A stretch of DNA of 64,000 bases from Eledone cirrhosa. Lineage: Eukaryota. Below, piece by piece: positions 25,406 through 38,800 of the stretch (its first letter is position 1; the number at the start of each line of letters is the position of its first letter). The translations under genes and the position numbers were made by a program. The notes under the pieces were generated by a model. That model did not search any database and had not been told where the DNA came from. It saw nothing but the letters and a program-made list of their open reading frames with translations. The stretch lies in contig OZ024741.1 in assembly GCA_964016885.1 (NCBI GenBank), positions 28,830,001 through 28,894,000 of the forward strand, given 5' to 3'.

Positions 25406-27715
25406 TTGTCTCAGAGTGTCTGGAGTAGATGTATCTCCTCTGTGTCTATTGTGTGGTGGTGCAGTTATAACAGTGGCATACATTGTCTCAGAGAGTCTGG
25501 AGAAGATGTATCTCCTCTGTGTCTATTGTGTGGAGGTGCAGTTATAACAGTGGCACACATTGTCTCAGAGTGTCTGGAGAAGATGTATCTCCTCTGTGTC
25601 TATTGTGTGGTGGTGCAGTTATAACAGTGGCGGACATTGTCTCAGAGTGTCTGAAAAAGATGTATCTCCCCTGTGTCTATTGTGTAGTGGTGCAGTTATA
25701 ACAGTGGCACACATTGTCTCAGAGTGTCTGGAGAAGATGTATCTCCTCTGTGTCTATTGTGTGGTGGTGCAGTTATAAGAGTGGCGGACATTGTCTCAGA
25801 GTGTCTGAAAAAGATGTATCTCCCCTGTGTCTATTGTGTAGTGGTGCAGTTATAACAGTGGTACACATTGTCTCAGAGTGTCTGGAGAAGATGTATCTCC
25901 TCTGTGTCTATTGTGTGGTGGTGCAGTTATAACAGTGGAACACATTGTCTCAGAGTGTCTGGAGAAGATGTATCTCCTCTGTGTCTATTGTGTGGAGGTG
26001 CAGTTATAACAGTGGCACACTATGTCTCAGAGTGTCTGGAGAAGATGTATCTCCCCCGTGTCTATTGTGTGGTGGTGCAGTTATAACAGTGGCACACATT
26101 GTCTCATAGTGTCTGGAGAAGATGTATCTCCTCTGTGTCTATTGTGTAGTGATGCAGTTATAACAGTGGTACACATTGTCTCAGAGTGTCTGGAGAAGAT
26201 GTATCACCCCCGTGTCTATTGTGTGGTGGTGCAGTTATAACAGTGGCACACTATGTCTCAGAGTGTCTGGAGAAGATGTTTCTCCTCTGTGTCTATTGTG
26301 TGGTGGTGCAGTTATAACTGTGGCACACATTGTCTCAGAGTGTCTGGAGAAGATGTATCTCCTCTGTGTCTATTGTGTAGTGGTGCAGTTATAACAGTGG
26401 CATATATTGTCTCAGAGTGTCTGGAGAAGATGTATCTCCTCTGTGTCTATTGTGTCGTGGTGCAGTTATAACAATGGCATACATTGTCTCAGAGTGTCTG
26501 GAGAAGATGTATCTCCTCTGTGTCTATTGTGTAGTGGTGCAGTTATAACAGTGGCATACATTGTCTCAGAGTGTCTGGAGAAGACGTTTCTCCTCTGTGT
26601 CTATTGTGTGGTGGTGCAGTTATAACAGTGGCACACATTGTCTCAGAGTGTCTGGAGAAGATGTTTCTGCTCTGTGTCTATTGTGTGGTGGTGCAGTTAT
26701 AACAGTGGCATATATTGTCTCAGAGTGTCTGGAGAAGATGTATCTCCTCTGTGTCTATTGTGTGGTGGTGCAGTTATAACAGTGGCATACATTGTCTCAG
26801 AGTGTCTGGAGAAGATGTATCTCCTCTGTGTCCATTGTGTGGTGGTGCAGTTATAACAGTGGAACACATTGTCTCACAGTGTCTGGAGAAGATGTATCTC
26901 CTCTGTGTCTATTGTGTGGTGGTGCAGTTATAACAGTGGAACACATTGTCTCAGAGTGTCTGGAGAAGATGTATCTCCTCTGTGTCTATTGTGTGGTGCT
27001 GCAGTTATAACAGTGGAACACATTGCCTCAGAGTGTCTGGAGAAGATGTATCTCCTCTGTGTCTATTGTGTGGTGGTGCAGTTATAACAGTGGCACACAT
27101 TGTCTCAGAGTGTCTGAAAAAGATGTATCTCCTCTGTGTCTATTGTGTAGTGGTGCAGTTATAACAGTGGCACACATTGTCTCAGAGTGTCTGGAGAAGA
27201 TGTATCTCTTCTGTGTCTAATGTGTGGTGGTGCAGTTATAACAGTGGCACACATTGTCTCAGAGTGTCTGGAGAAGATGTATCCCTTCTGTGTCTAATGT
27301 GTGGTGGTGCAGTTATAACAGTGGCACACATTGTCTCAGAGTGCCTGGAGAAGATGTATCTCCTCTGTGTCTATTGTGTGGTGGTGCAGTTATAACAGTG
27401 GCACACATTGTCTCAGAATGTCTGGAGAAGATGTATCTCCTCTGTGTCTATTGTGTGGTGGTGCAGTTATAACAGTGGCACACATTGTCTCAGAGTGTCT
27501 GGAGAAGATGTAACTCTTCTGTGTCTAATGTGTGGTGGTGCAGTTATAACAGTGGCACACATTGTCTCAGAGTGCCTGGAGAAGATGTATCTCCTCTGTG
27601 TCTATTGTGTGGTGGTGCAGTTATAACAGTGGCACACATTGTCTCAGAATGTCTGGAGAAGATGTATCTCCTCTGTGTCTATTGTGTGGTGGTGCAGTTA
27701 TAACAGTGACACACA

Positions 27716-30700
27716 TTGTCTCAGAGTGTCTGGAGAAGATGTATCTCCTCTGTGTCTATTGTGTGGTGGTGCAGTTATAACAGTGGCACACATTGTCTCA
27801 GAGTGTCTGGAGAAGATGTATCTCCCCTGTGTCTATTGTGTGGTGGTGCAGTTATAACAGTGGCTCACATTGTCTCAGAGTGTCTGGAGAAGATGTATCT
27901 CCTCTGTGTCTATTGTGTGGTGGTGCAGTTATAACAGTGGCACACATTGTCTCAGAGTGTCTGGAGAAGATGTATCTCCTCTGTGTCTATTGTGTGGTGG
28001 TGCAGTTATAACAGTGGCACACATTGTCTCAGAGTGTCTGGAGAAGATGTATCTCTTCTGTGTCTATTGTGTGGTGGTGCAGTTATAACAGTGGCACACA
28101 TTGTCTCAGAGTGTCTGGAGAAGATGTATCTCCCCTGTGTCTATTGTGTGATGGTGCAGTTATAACAGTGGCACACATTGTCTCAGAGTGTCTGGATAAG
28201 ATGTATCTCCTCTGTGTCTATTGTGTGGTGGTGCAGTTATAACAGTGGCACACATTGTCTCAGAGTGTCTGGAGAAGATGTATCTCTTCTGTGTCTATGG
28301 TGTGGTGGTGCAGTTATAACAGTGGCACACATTGTCTCAGAGTGTCTTGAGAAGATGTATCTCTTCTGTGTCTATTGTGTGGTGGTGCAGTTATAACAGT
28401 GGCACACATTGTCTCAGAGTGTCTGGAGAAGATGTATTTCCTTTGTGTATATTGTGTAGCGGTGCAGTTATAACATTGGCACACATTGTCTCAGAGTGTC
28501 TGCAGACGATGTATCTCCTCTGTGTCTATTGTGTGATGGTGCAGTTATAACAGTGGCACACATTGTCTCAGAGTGTCTGGAGAAGATGTATCTCTTCTGT
28601 GTCTATTGTATTGTGTGGTGGTGCAGTTATAACAGTGGCACACATTGTCTCAGACTGTCTGGAGAAGATGTATCTCTTCTGTGTCTATTGTGTGGTGGTG
28701 CAGTTATAACAGTGGCACACATTATCTCAGAGTGTCTGGAGAAGATGTATCTCCTCTGTGTCTATTGTGTAGTGGTGCAGTTATAACAGTGGCACACATT
28801 GTCTCAGAGTGTCTGGAGAAGATGTATCTCTTCTGTGTCTAATGTGTGGTGGTGCAGTTATAACAGTGGCACACATTGTCTCAGAGTGTCTGGAGAAGAT
28901 GTATCTCTTCTGTGTCTAATGTGTGGTGGTGCAGTTATAACAGTGGCACACATTGTCTCAGAGTGTCTGGAGAAGATGTATCTCTTCTGTGTCTATTGTG
29001 TGGTGGTGCAGTTATAACAGTGGCACACATTGTCTCAGAGTGTCTGGAGAAGATGTATCTCTTCTGTGTCTAATGTGTGGTGGTGCAGTTATAACAGTGG
29101 CACACATTGTCTCAGAGTGCCTGGAGAAGATGTATTTCCTCTGTGTCTATTGTGTGGAGGTGCAGTTATAACAGTGGCATACATTGTCTCAGAGTGTCTG
29201 GAGAAGATGTATCTCCTCTGTGTCTATTGTGTGGTGGTGCAGTTATAACAGTGGTACACATTGTCTCAGAGTGTCTGGAGAAGATGTATCTCCTCTGAGT
29301 CTATTGTGTGGTGGTGCAGTTATAACAGCGGCACACATTGTCTCAGAGTGTCTGGAGAAGATGTATCTCCCCTGTGTCTATTGTGTGGTGGTGCAGTTAT
29401 AACAGCGGCACACATTGTCTCAGAGTGTCTGGAGAAGATGTATCTCCCCTGTGTCTATTGTGTGGTGGTGCAGTTATAACAGCGGCACACATTGTCTCAG
29501 AGTGTCTGGAGAAGATGTATCTCCCCTGTGTCTATTGTGTGGTGGTGCAGTTATAACAGCGGCACACATTGTCTCAGAGTGTCTGGAGAAGATGTATCTC
29601 CTCTGTGTCTATTGTGTGGTGGTGCAGTTATAACAGTGGCACACATTGTCTCAGAGTGTCTGGAGAAGATGTATCTCCTCTGTGTCTATTGTGTGGTGGT
29701 GCAGTTATAACAGTGGCACACATTGTCTCAGTGTGTCTGGAGAAGATGTATCTCTTCTGTGTCTATTGTGTGGTGGTGCAGTTATAACAGTGGCACACAT
29801 TGTCTCAGAGTGTCTGGAGAAGACGTATCTCTTCTGTGTCTATTGTGTGGTGGTGCAGTTATAACAGTGGCACACATTGTCTCAGAGTGTCTGGAGAAGA
29901 TGTATTTCCTTTGTGTATATTGTGTGGTGGTGCAGTTATAACAGTGGCACACATTGTCTCAGAGTGTCTGGAGAAGATGTATTTCCTTTGTGTATATTGT
30001 GTAGTGGTGCAGTTATAACAGTGGCACACATTGTCTCAGAGTGTCTGGAGAAGGTGTATCTCCTCTGTGTCTCTTGTGTGGTGGTGCAGTTATAACATTG
30101 GCACACATTGTCTCAGAGTGTCTGGAGAAGATGTTTCTCCTCTGTGTCTATTGTGTGGTGGTGCAGTTATAACAGTGGCGGACATTGTCTCAGAGTGTCT
30201 GAAAAAGATGTATCTCCGCTGTGTCTATTGTGTAGTGGTGCAGTTATAACAGTGGTACACATTGTCTCAGAGTGTCTGGAGAAGATGTATCTCCTCTGTG
30301 TCTATTGTGTGGTGGTGCAGTTATAACAGTGGAACACATTGTCTCAGAGTGTCTGGAGAAGATGTATCTCCTCTGTGTCTATTGTGTGGAGGTGCAGTTA
30401 TAACAGTGTCACACTATGTCTCAGAGTGTCTGGAGAAGATGTATCTCCTCTGTGTCTATTGTGTAGTGATGCAGTTATAACAGTGGCACACATTGTCTCA
30501 GAGTGTCTGGAGAAGATGTTTCTCCTCTGTGTCTATTGTGTGGTGGTGCAGTTATAACGGTGGCACACATTGTCTCAGAGTGTCTGGAGAAGATGTATCT
30601 CCTCTGTGTCTATTGTGTAGTGGTGCAGTTATAACAGTGGCACACATTGTCTCAGAGTGTCTGGAGAAGGTGTATCTCCTCTGTGTCTATTGTGTGGTGG

Positions 30701-33700
30701 TGCAGTTATAACATTGGCACACATTGTCTCAGAGTGTCTGGAGAAGATGTATCTCCCCCGTGTCTATTGTGTGGTGGTGCAGTTATAACAGTGGCACACA
30801 TTGTCTCAGAGTGTCTGGAGAAGATGTATCTCCTCTGTGTCTATTGTGTAGTGATGCAGTTATAACAGTGGTACACATTGTCTCAGAGTGTCTGGAGAAG
30901 ATGTTTCTCCTCTGTGTCTATTGTGTGGTGGTGCAGTTATAACAGTGGCACACATTGTCTCAGAATGTCTGGGGAAGATGTATCACCCCCGTGTCTATTG
31001 TGTGGTGGTGCAGTTAGAACAGTGGCACACTATGTCTCAGAGTGTCTGGAGAAGATGTATCTCCTCTGTGTCTATTGTGTAGTGATGCAGTTATAACAGT
31101 GTCACACATTGTCTCAGAGTGTCTGGAGAAGATGTATCTCCTCTGTGTCTATTGTGTGGTGGTGCAGTTATAACAGTGGCACACATTGTCTCAGAGTGTC
31201 TGGAGAAGATGTATCTCCCCTGTGTCTATTGTGTGGTGGTGCAGTTATAACAGTGGCTCACATTGTCTCAGAGTGTCTGGAGAAGATGTATCTCCTCTGT
31301 GTCTATTGTGTGGTGGTGCAGTTATAACAGTGGCACACATTGTCTCAGAGTGTCTGGAGAAAATGTATCTCCTCTGTGTCTATTGTGTGGTGGTGCAGTT
31401 ATAACAGTGGCACACATTGTCTCAGAGTGTCTGGAGAAGATGTTTCTCCTCTGTGTCTATTGTGTAGTGGTGCAGTTATAACAGTGGCACACATTGTCTC
31501 AGAGTGTCTGGAGAAGGTGTATCTCCTCTGTGTCTATTGTGTGGTGGTGCAGTTATAACATTGGCACACATTGTCTCAGAGTGTCTGGAGAAGATGTATC
31601 TCCCCCGTGTCTATTGTGTGGTGGTGCAGTTATAACAGTGGCACACATTGTCTCAGAGTGTCTGGAGAAGATGTATCTCCTCTGTGTCTATTGTGTAGTG
31701 ATGCAGTTATAACAGTGGTACACATTGTCTCAGAGTGTCTGGAGAAGATGTTTCTCCTCTGTGTCTATTGTGTGGTGGTGCAGTTATAACAGTGGCACAC
31801 ATTGTCTCAGAATGTCTGGAGAAGATGTATCACCCCCGTGTCTATTGTGTGGTGGTGCAGTTAGAACAGTGGCACACTATGTCTCAGAGTGTCTGGAGAA
31901 GATGTATCTCCTCTGTGTCTATTGTGTAGTGATGCAGTTATAACAGTGTCACACATTGTCTCAGAGTGTCTGGAGAAGATGTATCTCCTCTGTGTCTATT
32001 GTGTGGTGGTGCAGTTATAACAGTGGCACACATTGTCTCAGAGTGTCTGGAGAAGATGTATCTCCCCTGTGTCTATTGTGTGGTGGTGCAGTTATAACAG
32101 TGGCTCACATTGTCTCAGAGTGTCTGGAGAAGATGTATCTCCTCTGTGTCTATTGTGTGGTGGTGCAGTTATAACAGTGGCACACATTGTCTCAGAGTGT
32201 CTGGAGAAGATGTATCTCCTCTGTGTCTATTGTGTGGTGGTGCAGTTATAACAGTGGCACACATTGTCTCAGAGTGTCTGGAGAAGATGTATCTCTTCTG
32301 TGTCTATTGTGTGGTGGTGCAGTTATAACAGTGGCACACATTGTCTCAGAGTGTCTGGAGAAGATGTATCTCCCCTGTGTCTATTGTGTGATGGTGCAGT
32401 TATAACAGTGGCACACATTGTCTCAGAGTGTCTGGATAAGATGTATCTCCTCTGTGTCTATTGTGTGGTGGTGCAGTTATAACAGTGGCACACATTGTCT
32501 CAGAGTGTCTGGAGAAGATGTATCTCTTCTGTGTCTATGGTGTGGTGGTGCAGTTATAACAGTGGCACACATTGTCTCAGAGTGTCTTGAGAAGATGTAT
32601 CTCTTCTGTGTCTATTGTGTGGTGGTGCAGTTATAACAGTGGCACACATTGTCTCAGAGTGTCTGGAGAAGATGTATTTCCTTTGTGTATATTGTGTAGC
32701 GGTGCAGTTATAACATTGGCACACATTGTCTCAGAGTGTCTGCAGACGATGTATCTCCTCTGTGTCTATTGTGTGATGGTGCAGTTATAACAGTGGCACA
32801 CATTGTCTCAGAGTGTCTGGAGAAGATGTATCTCTTCTGTGTCTATTGTATTGTGTGGTGGTGCAGTTATAACAGTGGCACACATTGTCTCAGACTGTCT
32901 GGAGAAGATGTATCTCTTCTGTGTCTATTGTGTGGTGGTGCAGTTATAACAGTGGCACACATTATCTCAGAGTGTCTGGAGAAGATGTATCTCCTCTGTG
33001 TCTATTGTGTAGTGGTGCAGTTATAACAGTGGCACACATTGTCTCAGAGTGTCTGGAGAAGATGTATCTCTTCTGTGTCTAATGTGTGGTGGTGCAGTTA
33101 TAACAGTGGCACACATTGTCTCAGAGTGTCTGGAGAAGATGTATCTCTTCTGTGTCTAATGTGTGGTGGTGCAGTTATAACAGTGGCACACATTGTCTCA
33201 GAGTGTCTGGAGAAGATGTATCTCTTCTGTGTCTATTGTGTGGTGGTGCAGTTATAACAGTGGCACACATTGTCTCAGAGTGTCTGGAGAAGATGTATCT
33301 CTTCTGTGTCTAATGTGTGGTGGTGCAGTTATAACAGTGGCACACATTGTCTCAGAGTGCCTGGAGAAGATGTATTTCCTCTGTGTCTATTGTGTGGAGG
33401 TGCAGTTATAACAGTGGCATACATTGTCTCAGAGTGTCTGGAGAAGATGTATCTCCTCTGTGTCTATTGTGTGGTGGTGCAGTTATAACAGTGGTACACA
33501 TTGTCTCAGAGTGTCTGGAGAAGATGTATCTCCTCTGAGTCTATTGTGTGGTGGTGCAGTTATAACAGCGGCACACATTGTCTCAGAGTGTCTGGAGAAG
33601 ATGTATCTCCCCTGTGTCTATTGTGTGGTGGTGCAGTTATAACAGCGGCACACATTGTCTCAGAGTGTCTGGAGAAGATGTATCTCCCCTGTGTCTATTG

Positions 33701-34570
33701 TGTGGTGGTGCAGTTATAACAGCGGCACACATTGTCTCAGAGTGTCTGGAGAAGATGTATCTCCCCTGTGTCTATTGTGTGGTGGTGCAGTTATAACAGC
33801 GGCACACATTGTCTCAGAGTGTCTGGAGAAGATGTATCTCCTCTGTGTCTATTGTGTGGTGGTGCAGTTATAACAGTGGCACACATTGTCTCAGAGTGTC
33901 TGGAGAAGATGTATCTCCTCTGTGTCTATTGTGTGGTGGTGCAGTTATAACAGTGGCACACATTGTCTCAGTGTGTCTGGAGAAGATGTATCTCTTCTGT
34001 GTCTATTGTGTGGTGGTGCAGTTATAACAGTGGCACACATTGTCTCAGAGTGTCTGGAGAAGACGTATCTCTTCTGTGTCTATTGTGTGGTGGTGCAGTT
34101 ATAACAGTGGCACACATTGTCTCAGAGTGTCTGGAGAAGATGTATTTCCTTTGTGTATATTGTGTGGTGGTGCAGTTATAACAGTGGCACACATTGTCTC
34201 AGAGTGTCTGGAGAAGATGTATTTCCTTTGTGTATATTGTGTAGTGGTGCAGTTATAACAGTGGCACACATTGTCTCAGAGTGTCTGGAGAAGGTGTATC
34301 TCCTCTGTGTCTCTTGTGTGGTGGTGCAGTTATAACATTGGCACACATTGTCTCAGAGTGTCTGGAGAAGATGTTTCTCCTCTGTGTCTATTGTGTGGTG
34401 GTGCAGTTATAACAGTGGCGGACATTGTCTCAGAGTGTCTGAAAAAGATGTATCTCCGCTGTGTCTATTGTGTAGTGGTGCAGTTATAACAGTGGTACAC
34501 ATTGTCCCAGAGTGTCTGGAGAAGATGTATCTCCTCTGTGTCTATTGTGTGGTGGTGCAGTTATAACATT
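27716..34570. repeat. Higher-order copy pair with offset 4240 bp (55x77+5): about 27716-30330 and 31956-34570
   Basis: 96-aa ORFs at 28496 and 32736. Shared single 82-bp monomer (28604 and 32844), TGCAGACG, CAGACTG, CTCTGAGT, and a run of four ACAGCGG monomers. Confidence 0.9.
30570..32263. repeat. Tandem 11-monomer duplication (847 bp)
   Basis: ORFs 30647/31494, 30888/31735 and 31186/32033. Shared GTTAGAAC and GGCTCAC variants. Confidence 0.85.
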
Positions 34571-35889
34571 GGCACACATTGTCTCAGAGTGTCTGGAGAA
34601 GATGTATCTCCCCCGTGTCTATTGTGTGGTGGTGCAGTTATAACAGTGGCACACATTGTCTCAGAGTGTCTGGAGAAGATGTATCTCCTCTGTGTCTATT
34701 GTGTAGTGATGCAGTTATAACAGTGGTACACATTGTCTCAGAGTGTCTGGAGAAGATGTTTCTCCTCTGTGTCTATTGTGTGGTGGTGCAGTTATAACAG
34801 TGGCACACATTGTCTCAGAATGTCTGGAGAAGATGTATCACCCCCGTGTCTATTGTGTGGTGGTGCAGTTAGAACAGTGGCACACTATGTCTCAGAGTGT
34901 CTGGAGAAGATGTATCTCCTCTGTGTCTATTGTGTAGTGATGCAGTTATAACAGTGTCACACATTGTCTCAGAGTGTCTGGAGAAGATGTTTCTCCTCTG
35001 TGTCTATTGTGTGGTGGTGCAGTTATAACGGTGGCACACATTGTCTCAGAGTGTCTGGAGAAGATGTATCTCCTCTGTGTCTATTGTGTAGTGGTGCAGT
35101 TATAACAGTGGCATACATTGTCTCAGAGTGTCTGGAGAAGATGTATCTCCTCTGTGTCTATTGTGTCGTGGTGCAGTTATAACAATGGCATACATTGTCT
35201 CAGAGTGTCTGGAGAAGATGTATCTCCTCTGTGTCTATTGTGTAGTGGTGCAGTTATAACAGTGGCATACATTGTCTCAGAGTGTCTGGAGAAGACGTTT
35301 CTCCTCTGTGTCTATTGTGTGGTGGTGCAGTTATAACAGTGGCACACATTGTCTCAGAGTGTCTGGAGAAGATGTTTCTCCTCTGTGTCTATTGTGTGGT
35401 GGTGCAGTTATAACAGTGGCATACATTGTCTCAGAGTGTCTGGAGAAGATGTATCTCCTCTGTGTCTATTGTGTGGTGGTGCAGTTATAACAGTGGCATA
35501 CATTGTCTCAGAGTGTCTGGAGAAGATGTATCTCCTCTGTGTCTATTGTGTGGTGGTGCAGTTATAACAGTGGAACACATTGTCTCAGAGTGTCTGGAGA
35601 AGATGTATCTCCTCTGTGTCTATTGTGTGGTGGTGCAGTTATAACAGTGGAACACATTGCCTCAGAGTGTCTGGAGAAGATGTATCTCCTCTGTGTCTAT
35701 TGTGTGGTGGTGCAGTTATAACAGTGGCACACATTGTCTCAGAGTGTCTGAAAAAGATGTATCTCCTCTGTGTCTATTGTGTAGTGGTGCAGTTATAACA
35801 GTGGCACACATTGTCTCAGAGTGTCTGGAGAAGATGTATCTCCTCTGTGTCTATTGTGTGATGGTGCAGTTATAACAGTGGCACACATT

Positions 35890-38800
35890 GTCTCAGAGTG
35901 TCTGGAGACGATGTATCTCCCCTGTGTCTATTGTGTGATGGTGCAGTTATAACAGTGGCACACATTGTCTCAGAGTGTCTGGATAAGATGTATCTCCTCT
36001 GTGTCTATTGTGTGGTGGTGCAGTTATAACAGTGGCTCACATTGTCTCAGAGTGTTTGGAGAAGATGTATCTCTTCTGTGTCTATGGTGTGGTGGTGCAG
36101 TTATAACAGTGGCACACATCGTCTCAGAGTGTCTTGAGAAGATGTATCTCTTCTGTGTCTATTGTGTGGTGGTGCAGTTATAACAGTGGCACACATTGTC
36201 TCAGAGTGTCTGGAGAAGATGTATTTCCTTTGTGTATATTGTGTAGTGGTGCAGTTATAACATTGGCACACATTGTCTCAGAGTGTCTGGAGACGATGTA
36301 TCTCTTCTGTGTCTATTGTATTGTGTGGTGGTGCAGTTATAACAGTGGCACACATTGTCTCAGAGTGTCTGGAGAAGATGTATCTCTTCTGTGTCTATTG
36401 TATTGTGTGGTGGTGCAGTTATAACAGTGGCACACATTGTCTCAGAGTGTCTGGAGAAGATGTATCTCTTCTGTGTCTAATGTGTGGTGGTGCAGTTATA
36501 ACAGTGGCACACATTGTCTCAGAGTGTCTGGAGAAGATGTATCTCTTCTGTGTCTATTGTGTGGTGGTGCAGTTATAACAGTGGCACACATTGTCTCAGA
36601 GTGTCTGGAGAAGATGTATCTCTTCTGTGTCTAATGTGTGGTGGTGCAGTTATAACAGTGGCACACATTGTCTCAGTGTGCCTGGAGAAGATGTATCTCC
36701 TCTGTGTCTATTGTGTGGTGGTGCAGTTATAACAGTGGCACACATTGTCTCAGAATGTCTGGAGAAGATGTATCTCCTCTGTGTCTATTGTGTGGTGGTG
36801 CAGTTATAACAGTGGCACACATTGTCTCAGAATGTCGAGAGAAGATGTATCTCTTCTGTGTCTAATGTGTGGTGGTGCAGTTATAACAGTGGCACACATT
36901 GTCTCAGAGTGCCTGGAGAAGATGTATCTCTTCTGTCTCTAATGTGTGGTGGTGCAGTTATAACAGTGGCACACATTGTCTCAGAGTGCCTGGAGAAGAT
37001 GTATCTCCTCTGTGTCTATTGTGTGGTGGTGCAGTTATAACAGTGGCACACATTGTCTCAGAATGTCTGGAGAAGATGTATCTCCTCTGTGTCTATTGTG
37101 TGGTGGTGCAGTTATAACAGTGACACACATTGTCTCAGAGTGTCTGGAGAAGATGTATCTCCTCTGTGTCTATTGTGTGGTGGTGCAGTTATAACAGTGG
37201 CACACATTGTCTCAGAGTGTCTGGAGAAGATGTATCTCTTCTGTGTCTATTGTGTGGTGGTGCAGTTATAACAGTGGCACACATTGTCTCAGAGTGTCTG
37301 GAGAAGATGTATCTCTTCTGTGTCTAATGTGTGGTGGTGCAGTTATAACAGTGGCACACATTGTGTCAGAGTGCCTGGAGAAAATGTATTTCCTCTGTGT
37401 CTATTGTGTGGAGGTGCAGTTATAACAGTGGTACACATTGTCTCAGAGTGTCTGGAGAAGATGTATCTCCTCTGTGTCTATTGTGTGGTGGTGCAGTTAT
37501 AACAGCGGCACACATTGTCTCAGAGTGTCTGGAGAAGATGTATCTCCCCTGTGTCTATTGTGTGGTGGTGCAGTTATAACAGCGGCACACATTGTCTCAG
37601 AGTGTCTGGAGAAGATGTATCTCCCCTGTGTCTATTGTGTGGTGGTGCAGTTATAACAGCGGGACACATTGTCTCAGAGTGTCTGGAGAAGATGTATCTC
37701 CCCTGTGTCTATTGTGTGGTGGTGCAGTTATAACAGCGGCACACATTGTCTCAGAGTGTCTGGAGAAGATGTATCTCCTCTGTGTCTATTGTGTGGTGGT
37801 GCAGTTATAACAGTGGCACACATTGTCTCAGAGTGTCTGGAGAAGATGTATCTCCTCTGTGTCTATTGTGTGGTGGTGCAGTTATAACAGTGGCACACAT
37901 TGTCTCTGTGTGTCTGGAGAAGATGTATCTCTTCTGTGTCTATTGTGTGGTGGTGCAGTTATAACAGTGGCACACATTGTCTCAGAGTGTCTGGAGAAGA
38001 CGTATCTCTTCTGTGTCTATTGTGTGGTGGTGCAGTTATAACAGTGGCACACATTGTCTCAGAGTGTCTGGAGAAGATGTATTTCCTTTGTGTATATTGT
38101 GTGGTGGTGCAGTTATAACAGTGGCACACATTGTCTCAGAGTGTCTGGAGAAGATGTATTTCCTTTGTGTATATTGTGTAGTGGTGCAGTTATAACAGTG
38201 GCACACATTGTCTCAGAGTGTCTGGAGAAGGTGTATCTCCTCTGTGTCTCTTGTGTGGTGGTGCAGTTATAACATTGGCACACATTGTCTCAGAGTGTCT
38301 GGAGAAGGTGTATCTCCTCTGTGTCTCTTGTGTGGTGGTGCAGTTATAACAGTGGCACACATTGTCTCAGAGTGTCTGGAGAAGATGTATCTCCTCTGTG
38401 TCTATTGTGTGGTGGTGCAGTTATAACAGTGGCACACATTGTCTCAGAGTGTCTGGAGAAGATGTTTCTCCTCTGTGTCTATTGTGTGGTGGTGCAGTTA
38501 TAACAGTGGCGGACATTGTCTCAGAGTGTCTGAAAAAGATGTATCTCCGCTGTGTCTATTGTGTAGTGGTGCAGTTATAACAGTGGTACACATTGTCTCA
38601 GAGTGTCTGGAGAAGATGTATCTCCTCTGTGTCTATTGTGTGGTGGTGCAGTTATAACAGTGGAACACATTGTCTCAGAGTGTCTGGAGAAGATGTATCT
38701 CCTCTGTGTCTATTGTGTGGAGGTGCAGTTATAACAGTGGCACACTATGTCTCAGAGTGTCTGGAGAAGATGTATCTCCTCTGTGTCTATTGTGTAGTGA

